Assembly: GCA_964623895.1 (NCBI GenBank)
Contig: CAZUWA010000002.1
Coordinates: forward strand, 3,636-67,635
Length of the DNA stretch: 64,000 nucleotides
Direction: 5' to 3'
From: an uncultured Lachnospiraceae bacterium
GTDB lineage: Bacteria > Bacillota > Clostridia > Oscillospirales > CAG-272
The position numbers and the translations under genes are program-made. Position 1 is the stretch's first letter; the number at the start of each line of letters is the position of its first letter. This document shows, piece after piece, positions 35,715 to 44,990 of the stretch. A model generated the notes under the pieces. That model did not search any database, was not told the origin of the DNA, and saw only the letters and a program-made list of their open reading frames with translations.

Positions 35715-37094
35715 TTATTTATCCTGTTTGTTATTACGATCGTCTTTCAATTTTGCTCTGTCAACAGCACTCTTCGACTTTTCTTCCTTCGTGGATACAG
35801 GCACCGGATCGACATAATCCTCATCATCCATATGATAAAGCGACTTCGGCTTCGGTCTGTTGGGATCTTTTTCCACCTTTTTTTCAATGGTCTTACCCTT
35901 ATTATACTCTTTTTCCGCCTTCTTATAGTCCTCTTCGGTAAATACCGGGAAGGGAAGGAGTTTCTTCAAAATAAACTGTTGAAGCGTTCCGAGCATGTTA
36001 TTGAATATCCAATAAATACCCAAAACTGCGGGGAATACAAAGGTCAGATAAGTGGACATTGCCGGCATTGCCAAATCCATAATGGTGTTTGCCATGCCCA
36101 TGTTCGGCGCATTGGGATCTGCCTGTTCTGTTGCACCTGCCGTCATCTTTCTGTTAAGCTTCATAGAGAAGAACAGAACGACAAAGGTGATGAGCGGAAT
36201 AAGAAGGTACAGATATTCCCAACCTTCCGCATTGAATGTCGGAGTGAATGAAAGATCGATCTTGTTTCCGAATGCAAAAAAGTTTGGAAGGGTGCTCTGT
36301 TTGATGTCTCCAAATACCGGCTCAAATTTGTCCCAGTTATCCCGCAGGACTCCGACCAAATCAAGTTCCGTCAATCTGCTCGGAATGCCGCTTGCAGCCG
36401 CACTTTTCACTGTGTCGGTCACATTCCATGCGGAAATGTCATTGTAGCAAAGAACATTTCTGATGGCATTGATGGTGTTTTGAGAATATCCTGCTACATA
36501 ACTGAGCGGATTTCTGATCACTTCGTAAAGTAAAATAACGATCGGAAGTTGGATCAACATCGGCAGACAACCGCCAAATACATTGACGCCTTCCTTCTGC
36601 TGCGCATCCAGGATCTCCTGATTCATCTTTTGCATGGTCGCTTGGTCTGTACGTCCCTTGTACTTGTTGCGAATCGCACGTTCCTTCGGACGGAACTGTG
36701 CCTGTTTGACCATACTCTTCTGCTGTTTCCACGAGAAAGGGAAGAGCAAAAGCTTGACAAGGATCGCAAAAACAAGCAGGGAGAAAATGTAACTGGGAAC
36801 CAACTTGTTGATCAGCGCAAGAAATTTGCCGACCGGCATGTAGATAAACCAAAGAGAACTTTTATTCTCCTCCATTTTCTCAACGTTTTCCGCCTTGTCT
36901 TCCTCTTTGACATACAAAGATCCGTCTGCGTTGAGATATTTGTCCCCCGCTTCATTGAGTTCGGCATCATCTTCCGTTCCGATGCTGACCTTATCGTTTG
37001 AGCCGCTCGATACACAGGATATTGCCGAAAAGAGGATCATCATACAAAGGGCAACCGCAAGGAATACCTTGAAACCACGATTGTTTTTGATCAT
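35715..37094 (-). CDS. yidC: Membrane insertase YidC/SpoIIIJ, lipoprotein form with a basic C-terminal tail
   Basis: Lipobox FSAISC and the YidC core (QKMNQEILDAQQKEGVNVFGGCLPMLIQLPIVILLY). A long Lys-rich tail is at the C-terminus. Confidence 0.9.
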   Translation of the reverse strand: MIKNNRGFKVFLAVALCMMILFSAISCVSSGSNDKVSIGTEDDAELNEAGDKYLNADGSLYVKEEDKAENVEKMEENKSSLWFIYMPVGKFLALINKLVPSYIFSLLVFAILVKLLLFPFSWKQQKSMVKQAQFRPKERAIRNKYKGRTDQATMQKMNQEILDAQQKEGVNVFGGCLPMLIQLPIVILLYEVIRNPLSYVAGYSQNTINAIRNVLCYNDISAWNVTDTVKSAAASGIPSRLTELDLVGVLRDNWDKFEPVFGDIKQSTLPNFFAFGNKIDLSFTPTFNAEGWEYLYLLIPLITFVVLFFSMKLNRKMTAGATEQADPNAPNMGMANTIMDLAMPAMSTYLTFVFPAVLGIYWIFNNMLGTLQQFILKKLLPFPVFTEEDYKKAEKEYNKGKTIEKKVEKDPNRPKPKSLYHMDDEDYVDPVPVSTKEEKSKSAVDRAKLKDDRNNKQDK

Positions 37095-37133
37095 TTTTTA
37101 GACCTTTCGTTTGTTAAAATCACGCGTCTGTCA

Positions 37134-37280
37134 CTATTTTCCGCAGGTACGCGCATCGTCTGCGGAAAGATCGGCTTTCGCCGTCCTGTAAAATCGTCGC
37201 AATGCATTTTTTGAGACACCGTCCCACAGTTTTATGCAGAATTCAAAGTTCTCTCGCTCTCTTTCTGCATACATTGTCAT
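37134..37280 (-). CDS. Candidate 48-aa ORF between yidD and yidC (speculative)
   Basis: Its ATG overlaps the yidD stop (ATGA). It encodes [48 protein letters not shown] and ends 39 nt before the yidC start. No family is recognised. An ORF of this length is not statistically compelling. Confidence 0.2.
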   Translation of the reverse strand: MTMYAERERENFEFCIKLWDGVSKNALRRFYRTAKADLSADDARTCGK

Positions 37281-37531
37281 TTTCTTTTCGGAACAGGATC
37301 GTATCCGCCTTTTGAAAAAGGATTGCATCGGATTATCCGCCAAATTGCCAAAACCGTTCCGCAAATGAGTCCCCATTCTCTGAGTGCTTCCAGTGCATAC
37401 TCTGAGCAAGTCGGAAGATATTTGCATTTTCCGACGCCCAAACGCGGGGAAATACACTGTCTGTAGAATTTAACGGGTAGAAGCACCGTCTCAATCAAAA
37501 AGGCATGCAGTTTCTGAAAACGATCTTTCAT
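37277..37531 (-). CDS. yidD: Membrane protein insertion efficiency factor YidD
   Basis: [33 protein letters not shown]...[16 protein letters not shown]. Confidence 0.9.
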   Translation of the reverse strand: MKDRFQKLHAFLIETVLLPVKFYRQCISPRLGVGKCKYLPTCSEYALEALREWGLICGTVLAIWRIIRCNPFSKGGYDPVPKRK

Positions 37532-37920
37532 TGCCGATACATGCCTAATTTTGAAAAAGCGCGTGCCATTTCTTCTTTGACCACCTGCATTTTAACGTCC
37601 GCTGCACCTTCTTTTGCCACGATCACAACCAATTTTCCCTTTACGAGCGTGTTTTCGAGGTCGATCTGTCGATATGCCTCTCTAATGATCCTTTTGGCGC
37701 GGTTGCGCTCAACAGCACCTCCGATCTTCTTAGATACCGAAATGCCGACACGGTTGATCTTGACTTTTTTTGGATGCGCTTTTTTTAAACGTCCTGCATG
37801 GAGATCTTTTAAGATGTACACCGTCAAAAACCTTCCGCCGGCGCGGTTTTTTGCCGCATATACCTTACCGTACAGATGGTTTTCACAAAGCGTTCCGTAT
37901 TTCATTTTTGCTTTTCCCAT
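37528..37920 (-). CDS. rnpA: RNase P protein component
   Basis: It sits between rpmH and yidD. It is basic, with [28 protein letters not shown]. The start could be 37905 instead. Confidence 0.88.
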   Translation of the reverse strand: MGKAKMKYGTLCENHLYGKVYAAKNRAGGRFLTVYILKDLHAGRLKKAHPKKVKINRVGISVSKKIGGAVERNRAKRIIREAYRQIDLENTLVKGKLVVIVAKEGAADVKMQVVKEEMARAFSKLGMYRQ

Positions 37921-38002
37921 TCCTTATTAACTTGCAAAAAACCGCCGGACAAACAACTTCCGTATGGGAAGACCGACCGACGGTAGATATTGCGACAGTA
38001 GA

Positions 38003-38137
38003 TCAGTAAGAGAGTCTTGCTCTACCCTTCTGACGTCTTCTCTTGAGCACCTTTCTGCCATTGGCAGTACTCATTCTCTTTCTGAAGCCATGCTCGACCT
38101 GTCTTTGACGCTTTTTAGGCTGATAAGTTCTTTTCAT
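38003..38137 (-). CDS. rpmH: 50S ribosomal protein L34 (absent from the ORF track because it is shorter than 60 aa)
   Basis: My translation of the minus strand is [44 protein letters not shown] (44 aa). Confidence 0.92.
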   Translation of the reverse strand: MKRTYQPKKRQRQVEHGFRKRMSTANGRKVLKRRRQKGRARLSY

Positions 38138-38183
38138 TCCGGTTTACACCTCACTTTCGCTTTTTTCTATTGCGACATTTCGT

Positions 38184-38213
38184 ATTATATACTGAAAAAT
38201 GCCGTTTTGTCAA
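38184..38213 (-). promoter_or_regulatory. Sigma-A-like promoter of rpmH-rnpA
   Basis: On the minus strand: TTGACA, 18 nt, TATAAT. Confidence 0.45.
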
Positions 38214-38295
38214 GGGGGTTGCATGATTTTTTCGAAAAAAGATAGATTTTTTTGCCTTTTTCGTTGTAAATTTTTTGTAAATTTTGCATCTTCTA

Positions 38296-38324
38296 TTGCG
38301 TATTTATAAATTATATGTTATAAT
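38296..38324 (+). promoter_or_regulatory. Sigma-A-like promoter of dnaA
   Basis: TTGCGT (38296), 17 nt, TATAAT (38319). It is preceded by two tandem copies of TTGTAAATTTT at 38264-38285. Confidence 0.45.
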
Positions 38325-38412
38325 AAATATATAATAATAACAGTATGATGGATACTGAAAAAGTCCGCTTTTTTGTGCTATCCTTGCCCCACAGAAAGGA
38401 AAAAACAACATC

Positions 38413-39849
38413 ATGGAATCGCTAAACGAGATCTGGCAATCGGTATTGGAACTGTTACAGGACAAGTATCCGCGCACGGTATACGATCTTTGGTTTGAAA
38501 GTACTCGACTCATTCTTCTTGACAGTGAAAATGCCGTCATTACCATTCCCTCCGACCTAAAAAAAGAGATCATTGAAAATCGATATGCTTCCGCCATTAC
38601 CGATGCTCTCTGTCAGATCATCGGTTTTGATCCACCTGTGATCGTGATCTCGACCGAACGCGGTGATCCGAATGCAGAAGAGATCATGCTTTCGATCAAA
38701 AAGAAAAAAAATACAAATTCCTCCCTTCCTGCGGAAGATTCGGAAGAGGAAGATCCGGAAGTCAAAGAGCGGATTGCGCGTTACAAAGAGCCCTTGGACG
38801 ACGGCGATTCACTGCTGAATATAGCCATGCCGGAGATGGGAGACTACACTTTTGAAAATTTTGTCGTCGGTTCTTCCAACAAAATGGCGTGGGCAGCGTG
38901 TACAGCGGTGGCGCGCAAGCCCGTTGCTTCCTCCTATAACCCTCTTTTCATATACGGAGACAGCGGACTGGGCAAAACACACCTTTTATATGCCATTATG
39001 AATGAGCTGAAGGCAAATTACCCGCGCACAAAGATCTTATACATCAAGGGAGAAGAATTCACCAATGAACTGGTCATGGCGATCTCCAATGAGAACACCA
39101 AAGCATTCAGAGACAAATACCGTTCGGCGGATGTTTTGCTGATCGACGATATTCAGTTCATCGCCGGCAAAGAATCCACCCAAGAAGAGTTCTTCCATAC
39201 CTTTAATGCCCTGTTTGAAGAGCACAAACTGATCATTTTGGCAGCCGACCGGCCGCCCAGAGAAATGAAAACACTTGAAAACAGACTACGTACCCGTTTT
39301 GAATGGGGACTGATCGTCGATGTACAGCATCCCGATTATGAATTGCGGCTTGCGATCTTAAAAAACAAGGCGAATGCGCTCGGAATGACCATACCGTTTC
39401 CAATATTACAGTATTTGGCTGAAAACCTGCATTCCAGCGTCAGACAGTTGGAGGGCGCGATCAAAAAGATCAGCGCACAGTCTTTCCTTTCCGGCGTGCC
39501 GGTAACTGTCGATATGGCAAAAGCATGTATTGCGGAATTGACCAACGGAGAAGAATCGGTCGATCAATTGATAAAGCGGATCATTGATCACGTTTCAAAG
39601 CATTACGGATTGACGGAAGATGACATCAAGAGCCGCAAAAGAACAGGCGAGATCGCACAGGCAAGACACATCTGCATTTATATCATACGTTCAATGACCA
39701 ATATTTCCTTACCCTCCATCGGAAAATACTTCGGTAGAGATCATACGACCGTAATGTCCTCGATCTCAGTCGTGGAACGAGACATGAAGAAAAATCCGAT
39801 CTTAGAAGTAGAGATCAACGATCTTGTTAGAGAGATCAAAGAAAATTAA
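38413..39849 (+). CDS. dnaA: Chromosomal replication initiator DnaA
   Basis: IWQSVLELLQ N-terminus, Walker A GDSGLGKTHLLYAI, LLIDDIQF, and the domain IV HTH (IAQARHICIYIIRSMTNISLPSIGKYFGRDHTTVMSS). Confidence 0.95.
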   Translation: MESLNEIWQSVLELLQDKYPRTVYDLWFESTRLILLDSENAVITIPSDLKKEIIENRYASAITDALCQIIGFDPPVIVISTERGDPNAEEIMLSIKKKKNTNSSLPAEDSEEEDPEVKERIARYKEPLDDGDSLLNIAMPEMGDYTFENFVVGSSNKMAWAACTAVARKPVASSYNPLFIYGDSGLGKTHLLYAIMNELKANYPRTKILYIKGEEFTNELVMAISNENTKAFRDKYRSADVLLIDDIQFIAGKESTQEEFFHTFNALFEEHKLIILAADRPPREMKTLENRLRTRFEWGLIVDVQHPDYELRLAILKNKANALGMTIPFPILQYLAENLHSSVRQLEGAIKKISAQSFLSGVPVTVDMAKACIAELTNGEESVDQLIKRIIDHVSKHYGLTEDDIKSRKRTGEIAQARHICIYIIRSMTNISLPSIGKYFGRDHTTVMSSISVVERDMKKNPILEVEINDLVREIKEN

Positions 39850-39885
39850 AAAATACACCCAAAAAAGGAAGTAAAAAATCAGCAG

Positions 39886-40200
39886 TTTTCCACAAACCGT
39901 CCACATTGATTTTTTCACATTTCAATATCGTTTCTGTGGGAAAGAAATTCAGTTTTGTGGAAAAGCCTTTTGAAAATTCTGTGGTATAAATTGTGTCAAA
40001 TTTTATCAAAAAAAATTACAAAACGCTTGTCCACACTACATTCACAGGGTTGTCAAGCGGTTCTTCGGTGGGAGACAACTTAAAAAAAGTCACTGAAATT
40101 GCGGTGTTACAGCGTTTTCCACAGTTTTAACAGCCCCTACTACTGCTACTGCTAATTTTATACTATTTACCGTTTATTTATCGTTTTTTTCTAAAATCGA
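39886..40200 (+). other. oriC: DnaA-box array, GC cluster, DnaA-trios and AT-rich unwinding element
   Basis: Boxes: TTTTCCACA 39886, cCGTCCACA 39897, TTTTTCACA 39911, TGTGGGAAA 39935, TGTGGAAAA 39956, TGTGGTATA 39980, TTGTCCACA 40027, TTTTCCACA 40115. These are followed by AGCCCC, CTA/CTG triplets and an AT-rich stretch at 40155-40200. Confidence 0.8.
40137..40154 (-). promoter_or_regulatory. DnaA-trio-like repeat (CTA CTA CTG CTA CTG CTA on the plus strand)
   Basis: Six in-phase triplets whose complement reads TAG/CAG (3'-GAT/GAC-5'). They lie 13 nt after the last DnaA box and directly after a GC cluster, and directly precede the AT-rich region. Confidence 0.6.
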
Positions 40201-40424
40201 AGGAACATACGAAGACTACATGCTTTGTCCTCATGTTTTTTCGGGGCTTCGCCCTTAATTTGTTGTCTTTAAAAAAGACAGAAAAATTTTATCAAAAAGT
40301 ACCATTTAAAGTTTTTAGTCAAGTTTTTTTCAAAAAACTTGCAGTTTCCAAAGGCAGAGCCTTTGGTTAAAATAATTCGGTGTGCAGGTCTGACATTGTC
40401 CATACACATGAAAGGAACATTCCT

Positions 40425-41597
40425 ATGAAGATCACATTTGACAAGGAAATACTGATTGAGGCGATGACGCCGGCATTAAGCGCTGTCTCAGATAAGAACA
40501 CTATTTCCGCTATTGAAGGTATTCTGTTTACAACCGACGGTAAGGATCGTTGTATCCTCTCTTCCTACGACCTTGAAAAGGGCTTTCGTACTTCTGTTAC
40601 GGCGAATGTTGCGGAGGAGGGTAATTTTATTATCAATGCCGCAAAACTCTTTCGTATGATCCGTATGATGCCGGAACGCGCTGTGACGATCGAGGTAGAT
40701 GATAAGTTCCGTACTAAAGTTTCTTCCGGCAATTCGGTGTTTGCTCTTTCCGCGCTTCCCGGAGGTGATTTTCCAAATCTGCCCGACCTCAACGGCGAAT
40801 CGGGTGTTTCAATCAATAAGGAACTTTTAAAGAAGATGATCGGTCAAGTTCAGCATGCCATTGCAATCAGCGATCAGCGCCCGGTACTCAGTGGGGCATA
40901 TTTTAAACTGACTTCCACAGGTATCCGCATGGTTTCTTGCGACGGCAACCGTTTGGCACTTCGTGAAAAGGACAGTACTCTGTCTGTTGAAAAAGAAGAT
41001 GGGATTTCCTTCATCGTTCCGGGAAAGACGCTTCTTGAACTTTCCAAAATGCTTGTAGGGGATATGAATGAAAAGGTTGAACTGTCTTTCGGGCGCAAGC
41101 ATGTCATCTTCCGTATCGGTGAAAGTATTTTTTTCTCTCGTCTCATTGACGGAGAATATATTGATTATCAGCGTGTCATACCTAAGTCGAACAACATCCA
41201 TGTGACTCTTGATCGTGCCGAACTGGTCGATTGTTTAGAGCGTGTATCTCTGGTCACGGATGATAAGTCCGTCGGTTCGATACGCGGCTATGTCAAATGT
41301 ATTTTTGAGGGGAATATTTTAAAAGTTTCCTCCAGTTCCTCTGTTTCTTCCGTTAATGATGAATTGCCGATCGAAAAAGAGGGGGAGGACATCACTATCG
41401 GATTTAACTGTCGCTTCCTTCTTGATGCACTTCGCGCCATTTCAGACGATCGCATCAAACTCTCTCTTGCAACGCCTTTGATGAGCGTGGTCATCGAGCC
41501 GATCGAAAAAGAAGAACAACCGGAAGAGGAAAAGGAAAAAAAGGAAGACAACGGAACTTTCTTATACATGGTCTGCCCGGTAAAAATGAAAGAATAA
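40425..41597 (+). CDS. dnaN: DNA polymerase III beta sliding clamp
   Basis: MKITFDKEILIEAMTPALSAVS start and three-domain clamp length. The ATG at 40425 has AAAGGA upstream. The 40380 start in the ORF track is unlikely. Confidence 0.93.
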   Translation: MKITFDKEILIEAMTPALSAVSDKNTISAIEGILFTTDGKDRCILSSYDLEKGFRTSVTANVAEEGNFIINAAKLFRMIRMMPERAVTIEVDDKFRTKVSSGNSVFALSALPGGDFPNLPDLNGESGVSINKELLKKMIGQVQHAIAISDQRPVLSGAYFKLTSTGIRMVSCDGNRLALREKDSTLSVEKEDGISFIVPGKTLLELSKMLVGDMNEKVELSFGRKHVIFRIGESIFFSRLIDGEYIDYQRVIPKSNNIHVTLDRAELVDCLERVSLVTDDKSVGSIRGYVKCIFEGNILKVSSSSSVSSVNDELPIEKEGEDITIGFNCRFLLDALRAISDDRIKLSLATPLMSVVIEPIEKEEQPEEEKEKKEDNGTFLYMVCPVKMKE

Positions 41598-41615
41598 GCG
41601 GCAAAAAATTCTACT

Positions 41616-42698
41616 ATGATCTTAAAAAAAATAGAATATCAAAATTTCCGCAACATAAAAGATGCAACGCTCATCTTTAATCCCGGCGTAAATCTTTTGT
41701 ACGGAGACAATGCACAGGGCAAGACGAATGCTATTGAAGGCATCTATCTCTGTGCGCAGGGACGCAGTCACCGTACCGCAAGGGAAAAGGATTATATTCT
41801 TTACGGAGAAGAGTTTGCAAAAGTTACTTTAGATTATGCAGACAGTTTTCGTGATAAACGGTTAGAACTCCGATATCTTAAGATTGGGCGAAAATTCTGC
41901 AAAAAAAACGGTTTGGCAGTCAAAAAAATGTCTGAATTCATCGGAAATTTTCGTGCCGTGATATTCTGCCCCGAATATCTTTCGATCGTCAGGAACGGAC
42001 CGGGCGAGCGAAGAAATTTTTTAGACAGCGCACTCTGTCAATTAGACAGCGAATACTTGTCTGCGCTTCAAAAGTATGCAACAGCCCTTTCTCAGCGCAA
42101 CAGGCTTCTTTCCGAATATTCCTTCCACCCGGACGCTTTTGAAGAAACAGGTGACTTGTGGGCGGAGCAGATTGCGGAAATGGGAGAAATCCTTTCCTTT
42201 AAACGGGCAGAATACCTTGAAAAAGTGGAAAAGGAAGTCAAAATGCTGTTTTCCGAAATGACGAACGGAGAAGAAAGACCGGAACTCATTTACAAAAAGC
42301 CGATGAAAAAAGAAGAGTATATGGCACAGTTTCTTTCCGGCAAACAACGTGAAATTCGCGCGGGAACAACACTCTTCGGCGTGCATCGTGATGACATAGA
42401 AATTCTTTTAAACGGCAAGCAGGCGCGAATTTTTGCCTCACAGGGACAACAGCGTAGCCTCGCGGTAGCGATGAAACTGGCGGAAGGTAGTGTTTCAAAA
42501 GAAAAAACGGGAGAATATCCGGTGTTTCTTCTTGACGATGTGTTAAGCGAATTAGATGACAAACGAAAGCGCTTCATTCTTTCCGGACTTGCGGAAAGAC
42601 AGGTCATCATTACCTGCTGTGATGAAAAAGAAGTGGAAAAGATTGCAGACGGAAGGGTAATTTGCGTTGAAAAAGGTCAATATACGACGGTTCGGTAA
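41616..42698 (+). CDS. recF: DNA replication and repair protein RecF
   Basis: YQNFRN, Walker A GDNAQGKTNAIEGI, signature SQGQQRSLAVAMKLA, and Walker B FLLDDVLSELD. Confidence 0.93.
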   Translation: MILKKIEYQNFRNIKDATLIFNPGVNLLYGDNAQGKTNAIEGIYLCAQGRSHRTAREKDYILYGEEFAKVTLDYADSFRDKRLELRYLKIGRKFCKKNGLAVKKMSEFIGNFRAVIFCPEYLSIVRNGPGERRNFLDSALCQLDSEYLSALQKYATALSQRNRLLSEYSFHPDAFEETGDLWAEQIAEMGEILSFKRAEYLEKVEKEVKMLFSEMTNGEERPELIYKKPMKKEEYMAQFLSGKQREIRAGTTLFGVHRDDIEILLNGKQARIFASQGQQRSLAVAMKLAEGSVSKEKTGEYPVFLLDDVLSELDDKRKRFILSGLAERQVIITCCDEKEVEKIADGRVICVEKGQYTTVR

Positions 42699-42951
42699 GC
42701 GCGCCTATATTCAGATGGAAAACAACCGTTGGGTCAAAAAAGAAGGACTGATCGGGGTGTTTGATCTTGATAAGAGCACCATTTCTCCGATTTCGAGAAA
42801 ATTTGTGCGCACGGCGGAAAAAAACGGCATGGTAACGACCGTTTCGGAAGGTCTGCCAAGGTCCTTTCTCTATTACGATGACGGAATCAAAGAACAAATG
42901 TATCTATCCGTTTTTTCGGTTACGGCAATCAAAAACCGATTGGAGCAGTGA
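42667..42951 (+). CDS. remB: DUF370 protein (RemB/YaaB-like)
   Basis: It sits between recF and gyrB, and LIGVFDLDKSTISPISRKFV resembles DUF370. The start is ambiguous: TTG at 42667 (overlaps recF, GGAAGGG upstream) or ATG at 42715. Confidence 0.7.
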   Translation: MKKVNIRRFGKRAYIQMENNRWVKKEGLIGVFDLDKSTISPISRKFVRTAEKNGMVTTVSEGLPRSFLYYDDGIKEQMYLSVFSVTAIKNRLEQ

Positions 42952-44907
<1,956 letters not shown>

Positions 44908-44990
44908 TCATTTTTTACCGCAAACGGGCGGTGAACATTCTAAAAAAACAGAAACTCGCTTTTTATAAGCGTTAAGAGAGAATTTGAACT

